Origin: a virus
Strand: one strand, 5' to 3'
Length of the DNA: 64,000 bases
Virus record (IMG/VR): IMGVR_UViG_3300025818_000017
Shown: piece by piece, positions 1 through 10,235 of the stretch
Layout: every line of letters begins with the position of its first letter
How positions within the stretch are numbered: the stretch's first letter is position 1
Notes under the pieces: model-generated
What the model was told of the DNA's origin: nothing
The model's database searches: none
What the model saw: the letters and a program-made list of their open reading frames with translations, nothing else
Made by a program: the position numbers and the translations under genes

Positions 1-147
1 TGAGTGAGGATATTCAACGAAAGAATGTTGGCGGAACCTAAATTATTTACATAGACTTTGGTGCCGTTTGATATTATTTGCACCTATTTCTCTTTCGCAT
101 ATATCACAAGTAACTTTCTTATATGTGATACCTTTGTTCCAAGGAGT

Positions 148-897
148 ATGAAGATTTTGTATGACGTTTGTTGTGTCTGGGTAGGAGACAAGTATTCAAG
201 AGAGTATGTTATCAATCTTTACAACGGCGTGAAGAAACATACAACCCTACCCTTTCGATTCAATGTTATCACAGACAAACCAGAGATAGCAAACGCAATC
301 CCTTGTAGAACTATACCTATTCCTAAATGGCAAATCGATGGGGTAAATCTGCTGGATCATCGTAAGGCGTGGTGGTATAAAATGGCGATGTTCCGGCCAA
401 ACAACGGCTTCGACAAGTATGTTATGTATTTTGATTTGGATATGATAATCATAAAGAACATAGATCATTTCTATACATATCACCCAAAGCAGTTCTGTAT
501 TTTACAAGACTTTAACCGTCAATATATTCATGACTATCACGTTAGTAATAGTTCCATAATGCGATGGCAAACAAAGCGTTATTCACAATCTATCTGGGAA
601 GCATTCACCAAAGACATTCCGTATAATGTAAATACCTTCCGTGGCGACCAAGACTTCATGACTTTTTATTTTAACACTCACAAGAAAAATAAAACTTGGT
701 GGCCTCGTGAATGGGCAATGTCTTGGAAATGGGAACTTGAGAAAGGTGGCAAACGAAATAATGGCAATGATAGAAACTCTTATCACGAACCAGATAGGGA
801 CTTTGTTTTGCCAGATGATTGTGCTATCGTGGTATGCCACGGTGACCCAAAACCACACGAAATACATAAGAAGATTATGGCTCATTGGAATAAATAA
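148..897 (+). CDS. Glycosyltransferase, GT-A fold
   Basis: DxD motif (YFDLD), GDQD and VCHGDPKP motifs; start moved to ATG148 after AAGGAG SD. Confidence 0.7.
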   Translation: MKILYDVCCVWVGDKYSREYVINLYNGVKKHTTLPFRFNVITDKPEIANAIPCRTIPIPKWQIDGVNLLDHRKAWWYKMAMFRPNNGFDKYVMYFDLDMIIIKNIDHFYTYHPKQFCILQDFNRQYIHDYHVSNSSIMRWQTKRYSQSIWEAFTKDIPYNVNTFRGDQDFMTFYFNTHKKNKTWWPREWAMSWKWELEKGGKRNNGNDRNSYHEPDRDFVLPDDCAIVVCHGDPKPHEIHKKIMAHWNK

Positions 898-919
898 TAC
901 TGTCAGAAAGGAATAAAAA

Positions 920-1321
920 ATGGCGAAATATACAATTGAATTAGACTTTTACCAAGATCAATACGGTGAGGAAAATGCCCTTGCTTCCGTGAAATTTGAT
1001 GGCGAAATGCAGACAGAAAGCTTTGAGGTATCATCAGCAGACATAAACACACCGAATACATTTGAGTTCGTAACTGACAAGCCAGATGGTGTTTACACTT
1101 TGGAAGTTAGGTTTTTGAATGACTCTTATGCCGACGAAGCAGGTGATAGGAACCTGAACTGGTGCAATACACGTATCAATGGAGTTGAAATTCCGTGGGA
1201 TTCTATGGATAGCGGTTCATTAACTTTTCCAAAAAGTGAAGATAGTGTATACATTGATACTTGGGAAGACTTTCAGATTCCATACGAAACATTTGCAAGA
1301 ACTGATATAAGTCTACCATAG
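920..1321 (+). CDS. Acidic protein with CBM60-like Ca-dependent carbohydrate-binding motif
   Basis: FLNDSY...GDRNL resembles the NDxxxxxxDRNL motif; SD upstream. Confidence 0.4.
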   Translation: MAKYTIELDFYQDQYGEENALASVKFDGEMQTESFEVSSADINTPNTFEFVTDKPDGVYTLEVRFLNDSYADEAGDRNLNWCNTRINGVEIPWDSMDSGSLTFPKSEDSVYIDTWEDFQIPYETFARTDISLP

Positions 1322-2302
1322 TTCCAATAACTGTCTCCGTAGATTATCTATAAGAACATCCCCGAACTCATTAAAAAAGAAATCACGATTGTGATCAATC
1401 GTTTCACTACAAAAGTCTCTCAACTCATACATAGATTTGGGAGACATTTTTATTCCCATGAAGTTCCAGTTCTCTTCCAGTGCCTTTATCAATCTATTGT
1501 CGTACTCTAAGTTATCATATTCTTCGTTGAACATAAGCGAGAACGTCTTGAAACCATAATCCCGAACATCCTGTAATGCCCCTTGATGACCCACTATAAT
1601 AAACGGATGACCCGCAACTATTGCGTTGAATGTTTTTTCTGTTATTATTCCATACTTTTCGTAATACTGGCTTTCAGTGACGATGCTAAAGAAACTGGTA
1701 TTGAAGTTTTTCTTTAGGGTAAGAAAGTTCATTAGATTATCATAATGCTGGTCATATTCTCTGTATGTAAACCCTCTATACTTTAGCTCAACACCCGATT
1801 GTTGGTAACTAAGATTACCGTGGCAGTTTTTCAATGCTTCGTATGTAGCACGTCTATGGTGCTTGTCAATACGGTTCATACAGAGAAAGTTGTCTTCGTA
1901 ATCTTTGTGATTGAACTCTTCTCGTAATACATTTTCGGCTTGTTTATAGCTCTGCCATGTTTCATACTGATGGGGGCTGAACTCAACTACTTTGAAACTG
2001 CTTGTCTTGTTCCAATCATTACTCAACTGTCTGGGCCAAACCACCACGATAATCTGGTCCAAGTCTACACGGTCTTTGTAATAGTCATTGATACGCAGTA
2101 GTTCAGTTGGAAATATATCGTCGGGAGCCATCGTCAGTATATCTTGTAGAATGAGAACCAAGCGAAAATCTTTTTGGTGAAATCGGCAGTCATCCCAATC
2201 TGGAAACTCTATTTCCCACCCGTCTTTAGTGATTGGATATTTGAGGGCAGCATCCACGATATGACTATTGGGGAAAACTGCTCTAATCGTTTCCATAAAC
2301 AT
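1313..2302 (-). CDS. Putative glycosyltransferase-like protein (ETxxY-TEKT-HPF family), paralog 1
   Basis: IVTESQYY..IITEKTFNAIVAGHPFI..GFKTF..NEEYD; start set at ATG2302, 4 nt after minus-strand TAAATA. Confidence 0.55.
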   Translation of the reverse strand: MFMETIRAVFPNSHIVDAALKYPITKDGWEIEFPDWDDCRFHQKDFRLVLILQDILTMAPDDIFPTELLRINDYYKDRVDLDQIIVVVWPRQLSNDWNKTSSFKVVEFSPHQYETWQSYKQAENVLREEFNHKDYEDNFLCMNRIDKHHRRATYEALKNCHGNLSYQQSGVELKYRGFTYREYDQHYDNLMNFLTLKKNFNTSFFSIVTESQYYEKYGIITEKTFNAIVAGHPFIIVGHQGALQDVRDYGFKTFSLMFNEEYDNLEYDNRLIKALEENWNFMGIKMSPKSMYELRDFCSETIDHNRDFFFNEFGDVLIDNLRRQLLELW

Positions 2303-2327
2303 AAAATATTTATTGTGAAAAAAGTGC

Positions 2328-2355
2328 TTGACATAATATGAAAGTATGCTATACT
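2328..2355 (+). promoter_or_regulatory. sigma70-like early promoter
   Basis: TTGACA-N16-TATACT with TG upstream of -10. Confidence 0.8.
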
Positions 2356-2389
2356 GTTTATACAAGTTGAGAGAAACAGGAGTTCCAAA

Positions 2390-2788
2390 ATGGCTTATAT
2401 TGATAACACCGATGTCAAAGCAATCCGCACTGAACTGAAAAAAGCTTTCCCGAAGATGAAGTTCTCTGTTCGTAAAGAGCATCACTCGTCTGTTCATATC
2501 TCCATTGTAAAGGGTCCGGCTGCTCTTGAGAGCATCTTCGAAGGTGACGAGTACGCCGCCAAGAACCGTTATTCGCAACTGAACCACTTCCACCCGCACT
2601 TCTATGGTGAGCATGAAGCACTGGTTCGCAAGATCAGCGAGATTGCTCACACTGCCCCCGCTGGCGCTGGTGGTGCCAATAACAAAGGCTACTACGATAA
2701 CAGCGATGCGATGACCGACTACTTTGACACCGCATACTATGTCAATCTGGCAATCGGTAAGTGGGACAAGCCCTACGAGGCAGTCTAA
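2390..2788 (+). CDS. Early protein, LPD29-like polyvalent-protein-associated domain
   Basis: IRTELKKAFPKMKFSVR and DAMTDYFDTAYY motifs; AGGAG-like SD. Confidence 0.5.
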   Translation: MAYIDNTDVKAIRTELKKAFPKMKFSVRKEHHSSVHISIVKGPAALESIFEGDEYAAKNRYSQLNHFHPHFYGEHEALVRKISEIAHTAPAGAGGANNKGYYDNSDAMTDYFDTAYYVNLAIGKWDKPYEAV

Positions 2789-2796
2789 AAAACCGC

Positions 2797-2824
2797 TTGA
2801 CAATATCGTAATCCATGCTATACT
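2797..2824 (+). promoter_or_regulatory. sigma70-like early promoter
   Basis: TTGACA-N16-TATACT. Confidence 0.8.
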
Positions 2825-2857
2825 GTATGTAGAGATTGAGAGAGAAAGGTTTTCCAA

Positions 2858-3160
2858 ATGAAAGTTTTCAAGTGTAAAGACGGCAACAATCGGGTTTTCT
2901 CCAAGCGTGAGAAAGCGTTTTCGTCCTACGACCTCGCTGTGTATCTCATTTCGGACGCTCATTATGAAATGAACGACGAAGATTGTATGGCTAAAATCAA
3001 GAGCAAAGCCAAGTCCAAGACCTCGATTCTGGATACCGCTTGGGATGTTATCTTCTCGTATGGCACCGAAGTTCCGCACTACCATGTTGGCGATTGCGGC
3101 TTCGATAACCTTCTCCCCGAAGTTGAAGAACTGGTCAAAAAAGTTTTCAAAGACCTGTAA
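2858..3160 (+). CDS. Hypothetical early protein
   Basis: ORF behind promoter and SD. Confidence 0.7.
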   Translation: MKVFKCKDGNNRVFSKREKAFSSYDLAVYLISDAHYEMNDEDCMAKIKSKAKSKTSILDTAWDVIFSYGTEVPHYHVGDCGFDNLLPEVEELVKKVFKDL

Positions 3161-3167
3161 AAAACGC

Positions 3168-3195
3168 TTGACATACCACTCAAATGTGGTATACT
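3168..3195 (+). promoter_or_regulatory. sigma70-like early promoter
   Basis: TTGACA-N16-TATACT. Confidence 0.8.
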
Positions 3196-3239
3196 GTAAG
3201 AGTAAGTTGGTTGAAACAGTCAAATAGATGGAGCGATAA

Positions 3240-4283
3240 ATGACTGCTTATGTAAATATCAAATCTGGTAAAGTTCGCGGCAAGACTATCAAGAACACGA
3301 TTTTCCCTGTTGTGAAAAACTTCTCAACTGGTAAGAACGGCACCTTCATCACTGTTGATGGTTCCAAGGTTCTTGGCGGCAACGTAAAGAATGTCCGTGT
3401 TGCGGTTGACCCCGAAATGGTTTCGTGGGTTGAAGAAGCTGACTACACCAAACAGTGCATCGCCTACGGTGCCATTGAGGCAAACAACGAAGTCAAAGTT
3501 GAAATGTCCGAAGAAGAGCGGATGACCGAAATCGAAGAACGCTTCGACATTCTCCACGATATGACCAAGGCGATGATGCGCCAGAAAATCCGTGGTATGA
3601 TTGTCTCTGGTCCTCCGGGCGTCGGCAAGTCTTTTGGTGTCGAGCGTGAACTCGACAAAATGAACACCTTTACCGACTTGGGTGCTAACGGTGGTGTCCG
3701 TAAGACCGAAGTGGTCAAGGGTGCTATGTCTGCCTTGGGTCTGTACTGCAAGTTGCACGAGTTTCGCAACGCTGGTGATGTGCTGGTGTTCGATGACTGC
3801 GATAGCGTCCTGATGGATGACCTGTCACTGAACCTTCTCAAAGCCGCTCTGGACAGTGGTCGTACCCGTAAAATCTACTGGAACGCCGACAGCGCCAAGC
3901 TTCGTGCCGAAGGCATTGAGAACAGCTTTGAGTTCAAAGGCTCCGTCATCTTCATCACCAACATCAACTTTGAGCATGTCCGCTCCAAGAAGCTGCAAGA
4001 CCACCTGCAAGCCCTTATGTCCCGTTGCCACTATCTGGACCTGACACTGCACACGATGAAAGACAAGATGCTGCGTGTCAAGCAGATCGCTCGTAAGGGT
4101 GCCCTCTTCACTTCTTACAAGTTTAAGAAGGAAGAAGAAGCTGAAATCCTCGACTTTATGTTTAAGAATGTCGATATTTTGCGAGAAGTTAGCCTCCGGA
4201 TGGCTCTGAAAATCGCTGACTGTAAAGTGGTCAACGGTGACCGTTGGAAAGTCTTCGCTAAAGCCACTTGTATGAAAAACTAA
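3240..4283 (+). CDS. AAA+ P-loop ATPase
   Basis: Walker A GPPGVGKS, Walker B LVFDDCD, FITN sensor, SRC arginine-finger region. Confidence 0.8.
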   Translation: MTAYVNIKSGKVRGKTIKNTIFPVVKNFSTGKNGTFITVDGSKVLGGNVKNVRVAVDPEMVSWVEEADYTKQCIAYGAIEANNEVKVEMSEEERMTEIEERFDILHDMTKAMMRQKIRGMIVSGPPGVGKSFGVERELDKMNTFTDLGANGGVRKTEVVKGAMSALGLYCKLHEFRNAGDVLVFDDCDSVLMDDLSLNLLKAALDSGRTRKIYWNADSAKLRAEGIENSFEFKGSVIFITNINFEHVRSKKLQDHLQALMSRCHYLDLTLHTMKDKMLRVKQIARKGALFTSYKFKKEEEAEILDFMFKNVDILREVSLRMALKIADCKVVNGDRWKVFAKATCMKN

Positions 4284-4320
4284 GCAAGCGTAACGCTCCA
4301 TCAACTTACAAACGCTTGCG

Positions 4321-4352
4321 GAGAGGGGGAGAAATCCCCCTCTCTCTCTTTT
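4321..4352 (+). terminator. Rho-independent terminator
   Basis: GAGAGGGGGA-gaaa-TCCCCCTCTC then pyrimidine/T run. Confidence 0.75.
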
Positions 4353-4369
4353 AATTATGTAAATACACT

Positions 4370-5410
4370 GTGTATACCGTACCAGATATCCAAGTCGTAA
4401 ATCTAGAGATTTCCACACGATGCCAAGCCGCCTGTCCTTTCTGTCCAAGAAACTATAACGGCTATGGTATCCGTGACGGTTTTCCGTTGATGGATATGTC
4501 ACTAGACGAATACAAACATATCCTACGCCAGTTCCTTCCAAACGATGACTTGCTACTTGATTTCTGTGGAACCTACGGTGATCCTTGTATATCATCAAAC
4601 TTTATGGATATCATAGAGTATACACGCTCTGTCTGTGATAATCCCATAACTATTCATACCAATGGATCAATGCATAAACCAGAATGGTGGAAAAACTTAG
4701 CCAAGTATGATATTGAGATTGAGTTCGGGCTGGACGGGCTTGGCGACACACATAAGATATACCGTCAAAACACTAGTTGGACAAAGATATTAGAGAATGC
4801 TGGTGCGTTTATAGATGCTGGTGGATATGCAGTATGGCAGTTTATTGAGTTTGCTCATAATAAACACCAGAAGGAAGCATGTAGAGAACTGGCAAAAGAA
4901 CTTGGGTTCAAAGAGTTCAAGGTATTCTATGATAATCGCAATGATGGACAAGCATATACGCCAAAAGGTGAACCATACTGGATAGGTGATAATCCACCAG
5001 AAACTATGCCGCCGATTGAGCAGCACGTGGATTTAGAAAGTTTCTTACAGAAAGAATATGAGAATAATAGGCAAGTTATATTGGATGAACCAGATATGCC
5101 AGAAGAAATCGTATGCAAATCCATCAGGGATAAAGTTATGTATGTTGCGGTAAATGGTGATGCTTGGCCCTGTTGTTGGCTTGGCGGGTCTTTCCCTATG
5201 ACCTACGATACATCATACGGATATCAACTAAAAGCATTGAACCTTGACATAAACATTCTACAACGCCCATTACAAGATGTTATGGATGAATGGTCCAAGA
5301 TATCTAACACATGGACAGACAAACCATTAGGTACTTGCATAGAACAATGCGGTAAATGTGATGGTGTCGGTGGAATGGAGACATTTGGCAAAAATGAAAA
5401 TCTTGACTAA
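4370..5410 (+). CDS. Radical SAM enzyme with SPASM/twitch-like C-terminus
   Basis: CxxxCxxC (CQAACPFC), GTYGDP, TNG, GDAWPCCW and C-terminal CxxxCxxC. Confidence 0.85.
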   Translation: MYTVPDIQVVNLEISTRCQAACPFCPRNYNGYGIRDGFPLMDMSLDEYKHILRQFLPNDDLLLDFCGTYGDPCISSNFMDIIEYTRSVCDNPITIHTNGSMHKPEWWKNLAKYDIEIEFGLDGLGDTHKIYRQNTSWTKILENAGAFIDAGGYAVWQFIEFAHNKHQKEACRELAKELGFKEFKVFYDNRNDGQAYTPKGEPYWIGDNPPETMPPIEQHVDLESFLQKEYENNRQVILDEPDMPEEIVCKSIRDKVMYVAVNGDAWPCCWLGGSFPMTYDTSYGYQLKALNLDINILQRPLQDVMDEWSKISNTWTDKPLGTCIEQCGKCDGVGGMETFGKNENLD

Positions 5411-6038
5411 CGGTTGTTCCTTCACACAAGGCATATACGATAACCATGATGAAAAAGATACTTGGCCTTATCTGCTTGGACACGATGTAGTAAATCTTGC
5501 CGAAGGTGGTGGTTCTAATCACCGCATCTTTCGCACAACTATGGAATACCTTTTAGACAACACTGTTGATCTGGTTATTATAGGATGGACGGGACCAGAA
5601 CGAATAGAGTTGCCATATTACAAGAATGATTGGCTACGAGTATCGCATAGTTTCGTTCTACCAGAAAACGACGATTACCAGAATGATAAGTTTGACCAGA
5701 ATGAATACTGGTATAGACACTGCCATAACGATATAAAGAGCATAGAACAAACAGTATTCTATATCCGTGTGCTACAACAGTTACCAGTTAGAATGATTAT
5801 GTTTAATGCCCTCCAATGTGATTTCCTATGGCAGATAGAACAAGAACACAGTATGGCTAAACAGTTCGGGATGGATCATCTAAAAGAACAAGTGGATAAA
5901 ATAGATAAGACAGATTGGATACTATGGGGATCAAGTATGGAGCAACACTTACGAGGTTATCCCAAGGCAGACGATTATGGACACCCTGACAAAACAGGAC
6001 AACAACAGTGGGCAAGTATTATATTGCAAAATCTGTAG
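5394..6038 (+). CDS. SGNH/GDSL hydrolase-like protein, paralog 1
   Basis: NGCSFT block I, GGSN block II, GHP block V. Confidence 0.6.
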   Translation: MKILTNGCSFTQGIYDNHDEKDTWPYLLGHDVVNLAEGGGSNHRIFRTTMEYLLDNTVDLVIIGWTGPERIELPYYKNDWLRVSHSFVLPENDDYQNDKFDQNEYWYRHCHNDIKSIEQTVFYIRVLQQLPVRMIMFNALQCDFLWQIEQEHSMAKQFGMDHLKEQVDKIDKTDWILWGSSMEQHLRGYPKADDYGHPDKTGQQQWASIILQNL

Positions 6039-6058
6039 GCTTTTAGTATAATAATAGA

Positions 6059-7519
6059 ATGCCGAAAGCAACGATCAAAGTGTTTGATGAATGTAACTGT
6101 AAGATTGAAGGGTTAGATTCATCAACTAGAAAAATGTTAGTGAATAGATTCAAGTATGAAGTGCCTGGTGCTAGATTCATGCCAGCGGTTCGTCTTGGTA
6201 GATGGGATGGTAAGGTATCATTCTTTCAGATGGGCGGCAAGACCTATATCAACCTTCTCCCTGATATTATCCCAATCTTGGAGAAGGAAGGATATACACT
6301 TGACTTAGAAGATAACCGTACATATTCACACGATATCAAACTTATTCCAGTGGATGAATATTCCTATGAGGATTTCATTTGGCCCGAAGGACACCCGGTA
6401 GCTGGACAACCCGTAAAACTCCGTGACTATCAAGTAGAGGTTATCAACGGTTTCCTACAGGACCAGCAGAGCATCCAAGAGGTTGCTACTGGTGCTGGTA
6501 AGACAATCATTACAGCCGTTCTATCCCATCGTTGTGAAGAATACGGTAGAACCCTCGTCGTTGTCCCTAATAAATCTCTTGTAACACAAACAGAAGAAGA
6601 TTATATCAATATGGGGTTGGATGTCGGTGTGTTCTATGGTGACCGCAAGGAATACGATAAGACACATACTATCTGTACGTGGCAGTCTCTTGGTAGTATG
6701 ATGAAGAAGACCCGTGCCAAAGAGCTAGGGTTTACCATTGACGAGTTTGCATCAGATGTTGTTGCAGTGATCGTTGACGAAGCACATGGTGCCAAGGCAG
6801 ACCTACTAAAAGAACTATTGACGGGACCATTAGCTCACGTTCCCGTGAGGTGGGGGTTGACGGGCACTATCCCCAAAGAGGAAATGGACAGGCAGAGCCT
6901 ACTTATTGGTATTGGCCCGGTTACGAATGATGTTTCATCCAAGGTTTTACAGGACAAAGGTGTTCTGGCTAACTGTCATGTAAACATCGTGCAGATGATT
7001 GATATCAAAGAATACCAGAACTACCAGAGCGAACTGAAATATCTTCTTGCTGACGAAGACCGTCAAGACTATATGGCGAGGCTAATCAACCAGATTTCGG
7101 ACAGTGGCAATACATTAGTTTTGATTGATCGTGTCAAAGCTGGTAAGGAACTGACTGCCAAGATTGGACCTGATGCGGTATTCGTTAGCGGTAATATGAA
7201 GAACGATAAGAGAAAGGAACATTACGATGAAATTAAAACAGAGGATGGAAAGGTTATTGTTGCCACCTATGGCGTTGCTGCTGTGGGTATCAATATCCCT
7301 CGTATCTTTAATTTGGTTCTTATTGAACCTGGTAAATCCTTTGTCCGTGTGGTCCAGAGTATCGGGCGTGGTGTACGTAAGGCGGAAGATAAGGACTTCG
7401 TGCAAGTGTGGGACATCACCTCAACAGCGAAGTTTGCGAAGCGGCATCTTACCCAGCGCAAGAAGTTTTACAAAGAGAAAAGCTTTCCGTTTACAATAGA
7501 AAAGGTTGACTGGAAATGA
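6059..7519 (+). CDS. uvsW: UvsW-like SF2 DNA helicase
   Basis: LRDYQ Q-motif, ATGAGKT, VDEAH, GLTGT, QSIGRGVR. Confidence 0.85.
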   Translation: MPKATIKVFDECNCKIEGLDSSTRKMLVNRFKYEVPGARFMPAVRLGRWDGKVSFFQMGGKTYINLLPDIIPILEKEGYTLDLEDNRTYSHDIKLIPVDEYSYEDFIWPEGHPVAGQPVKLRDYQVEVINGFLQDQQSIQEVATGAGKTIITAVLSHRCEEYGRTLVVVPNKSLVTQTEEDYINMGLDVGVFYGDRKEYDKTHTICTWQSLGSMMKKTRAKELGFTIDEFASDVVAVIVDEAHGAKADLLKELLTGPLAHVPVRWGLTGTIPKEEMDRQSLLIGIGPVTNDVSSKVLQDKGVLANCHVNIVQMIDIKEYQNYQSELKYLLADEDRQDYMARLINQISDSGNTLVLIDRVKAGKELTAKIGPDAVFVSGNMKNDKRKEHYDEIKTEDGKVIVATYGVAAVGINIPRIFNLVLIEPGKSFVRVVQSIGRGVRKAEDKDFVQVWDITSTAKFAKRHLTQRKKFYKEKSFPFTIEKVDWK

Positions 7520-7716
7520 CGAAAAGAATACAATACTTACCGCCAGGTTCTCCTAGTAACGAGTTAGTTGCACATTACAATGATGTCTGCGATGCTATCA
7601 ACGAGCTATACGAAGACTATTATGCGGAGAAAAAAATGAGAGAAAAATACCCAGCCCTACAAAAAGCGTGGGAACATTATCAGTTCACAAAGAACCTAGT
7701 ATCGGAACCAGACTAA
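7516..7716 (+). CDS. Hypothetical protein
   Basis: ORF translationally coupled to both neighbours. Confidence 0.65.
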   Translation: MTKRIQYLPPGSPSNELVAHYNDVCDAINELYEDYYAEKKMREKYPALQKAWEHYQFTKNLVSEPD

Positions 7717-8216
7717 TGAGAATACTAACAGCAGAAAACCAAACATTTGAGCTTGACGAACTACCAGAAGAAATAGATGACATGCGTTTTGCAGTCCTTG
7801 ATAACAGTGACCCGACAGACCCTGATTATTTCTTCATTCCACTAATCTTTCTGGAAAGCTTCAATGCCCCAGCATTGGTTATGAAAGTAGGCAATAGACA
7901 TATTAGGATGCCTGTTGATTGGCAAATCCTAATCGGCGAACCTGATTTTGGTGACCTTGAGGTTGTTCCGTTGACAAGTGTAAATGACCGTGGGTTCAAA
8001 GCATTCACGTTCAATCCCATTGGGAACAAAACGCCTGAGTACCATCCAATAGAACTTGCTGACGTATATACAGAGGTTCGTTGGTTTTTCCCTAAACTGA
8101 AACCCGGTCAACTACTGGCTATCCCGCTAGAAGACGGCGATAGTCCAGATTGTGTTTTCTTTGTGAAGGATATTACGAGACAATGCGAAGTTGTTGATAT
8201 CAGCAAAGTCTGGTAA
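7716..8216 (+). CDS. Conserved phage hypothetical protein
   Basis: Start at ATG7716 overlapping upstream TAA (TAATG). Confidence 0.7.
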   Translation: MRILTAENQTFELDELPEEIDDMRFAVLDNSDPTDPDYFFIPLIFLESFNAPALVMKVGNRHIRMPVDWQILIGEPDFGDLEVVPLTSVNDRGFKAFTFNPIGNKTPEYHPIELADVYTEVRWFFPKLKPGQLLAIPLEDGDSPDCVFFVKDITRQCEVVDISKVW

Positions 8217-8497
8217 TGGATGTAATAGGTGACGTATTGGGAGCGCCAGTGGAACAGATAGTCAAAGAAGAACCGAGGCTGTACCGTGTTGATGCACGAA
8301 CAAAAGTATCTAGTGAAGTCATTGAGTTTCTAAAAAATCAAACCAAAATGTACCCTGATAGAGTAGATATTCAGCAAGAGATATTACTTGAAATGGTCCC
8401 TTCATATGTGATACAATTTAAAACAGTCACCGATGCGTTTGCGTTTGACCTAACCTTTGGACACTGTATAAAACAGGTATATGATAACTATGGCTAA
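8216..8497 (+). CDS. Hypothetical protein
   Basis: Coupled ORF (TAATG). Confidence 0.65.
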   Translation: MDVIGDVLGAPVEQIVKEEPRLYRVDARTKVSSEVIEFLKNQTKMYPDRVDIQQEILLEMVPSYVIQFKTVTDAFAFDLTFGHCIKQVYDNYG

Positions 8498-8951
8498 ACT
8501 CGCACTATCAAGAGTTCTAAACGCTCTTGACCGTAAAGACAGAAACTTCTATAAGAACCTTCCTGATAACGAAAAGAAGGAAATCCAGCCGTATGTTCTT
8601 ATGCGTTATCTAAGCACATCCAAGGGACCACAGGAGCTACGTGAATGGTATCTCCGTGCTACTAATGAGTATGTAAATAAAGGTTATTGGAATATTCCTT
8701 CTACAAAGCATCAGGAACTTCTATGGCTACTTCTAACCACGGTCAGTCCTAATATGGGTAATCAATACCACGAATGGATTCCGATGAAGAAGGGAAAGAA
8801 GAACAAGAAACTGGAAGTATTAGAAGAACTGTTCCCAGAAGCTGGCGATATGGAACTAGAGACTTTGGATATGGTCTACGATACAAAAGCTGTAAAACAA
8901 ATGCTAAGAGATAGGGGATACGATGACAAGCACATCAAATCCGTCCTTTAA
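8490..8951 (+). CDS. Possible clamp-loader small subunit (gp62-like)
   Basis: PYVLMRYLS and HEWI motifs, size, replication context; weak assignment. Confidence 0.35.
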   Translation: MAKLALSRVLNALDRKDRNFYKNLPDNEKKEIQPYVLMRYLSTSKGPQELREWYLRATNEYVNKGYWNIPSTKHQELLWLLLTTVSPNMGNQYHEWIPMKKGKKNKKLEVLEELFPEAGDMELETLDMVYDTKAVKQMLRDRGYDDKHIKSVL

Positions 8952-9615
8952 ATGTGAGTTTTGCGGTAAGTCGTTCCGTAGAGAAAAGTCACTTATGGCT
9001 CACGCTTGTGAGCAGAAGCGCAGACATCAACAAGAGAAAGAGATTGGTGTCCAGTTTGGCTATCGTGCTTACAAACGATTCTATGAAATGACACAAAACA
9101 AGAAAGTGCCACCATCATATGATGAGTTTTGTAAGTCTCAGTATTATTTGGCGTTTGTGAAGTTTGGGCGTCATATCAAAATGATAAGGGCGCTGAAACC
9201 AGAACGTTTTATTGATTGGGTTATCAAGGAAAACAAAAAACTGGACAAGTGGTGTACCGATAAGGTTTACGAGGACTACTTACACGATACGATACGAAAA
9301 GAGAACCCTAACGATACATTGCAGCGAGCGTTCACGGAAATGATTGATTGGGGAGACAAGGAAGGTGCGGAGTGGAACCATTACTTCAAATATGCAGCAC
9401 CTAACAGAGTTGTCCAGTCTATCATCAGGGGTTCTATATCACCGTGGGTTCTTTATAACTGTGATAGTGGTTTGGAGTTCTTGGGAAAACTAAATGAAGA
9501 ACAGTTGGGTTTTATCTTTGAGTACATTGACCCTGATTACTGGACTTCACGTTTCGGTAACTATGTAGCCGATGCAGAATACATAAAAGACACACTGAAA
9601 GAGGCTGGATTATGA
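8923..9615 (+). CDS. C2H2-type zinc-finger protein
   Basis: N-terminal CEFCGKSF...LMAHAC. Confidence 0.65.
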   Translation: MTSTSNPSFKCEFCGKSFRREKSLMAHACEQKRRHQQEKEIGVQFGYRAYKRFYEMTQNKKVPPSYDEFCKSQYYLAFVKFGRHIKMIRALKPERFIDWVIKENKKLDKWCTDKVYEDYLHDTIRKENPNDTLQRAFTEMIDWGDKEGAEWNHYFKYAAPNRVVQSIIRGSISPWVLYNCDSGLEFLGKLNEEQLGFIFEYIDPDYWTSRFGNYVADAEYIKDTLKEAGL

Positions 9616-10202
9616 AATACGATTTACCTGATGTAGACATAGATTGTGCCGACAGGGATAAAGTGTTGGCAGTGCTAGATGGTTATACTAATGCTACCAT
9701 CGTCAAGAATGATGAGCATACCAAGCATAACACTGGTATCTATGTATGTGATATTCCTACTGACCCCCGAACCAATAACTGTACCTTTGACTATAAGGAA
9801 GCAGAAGACCGTGGTTTTGTAAAACTGGATATTCTAAATGTTCATGTTTATGAACTGGTGCGTGATGAGGAACACCTAAACGAACTGATAAGTAAAGAAC
9901 CTAACTGGGAACGGCTATGGACTGACCGTGAGTTTTGTGAAAAGATTATTCATATCAACAACTACTATGACTTATTGGGTAAGATGAAACCAGATAGTAT
10001 TCCACGAATGGCGATGTTCATTTCCATTATCCGTCCAGGTAAGAAACATCTTATCGGCAAACCATGGAAAGAGATTGCGGAGACTGTCTGGGAACGCCCA
10101 GATGAAGGTTACTTCTTCAAGATGTCACATTCCATATCTTATTCACACCTCGTAGCAATCCATATGAACATCATTGAAGAAAAGGAGCATCAAGTATTAT
10201 GA
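9612..10202 (+). CDS. Minimal DNA polymerase III alpha (DnaE)-like catalytic core
   Basis: PDVDID, GFVKLDILN, KPDS..MFISIIRPG and YFFKMSHSISY match DnaE palm/finger motifs in only 196 aa. Confidence 0.7.
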   Translation: MKYDLPDVDIDCADRDKVLAVLDGYTNATIVKNDEHTKHNTGIYVCDIPTDPRTNNCTFDYKEAEDRGFVKLDILNVHVYELVRDEEHLNELISKEPNWERLWTDREFCEKIIHINNYYDLLGKMKPDSIPRMAMFISIIRPGKKHLIGKPWKEIAETVWERPDEGYFFKMSHSISYSHLVAIHMNIIEEKEHQVL

Positions 10203-10235
10203 GTGTTGAGCAGTTGGTAGAGGAACTGCAAGAAA

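Noticed and set aside
2303-3223. N-terminal 300-aa extension of the 636-aa minus-strand ORF 1313-3223
   Set aside because: It is the antisense shadow of two plus-strand early genes with their own promoters and SDs; a leaderless late start exists at 2302.
4284-4320. GCAAGCGT..ACGCTTGC inverted repeat as a separate ncRNA
   Set aside because: It lies between a stop codon and a terminator; most simply a 3'-UTR stabilising hairpin.
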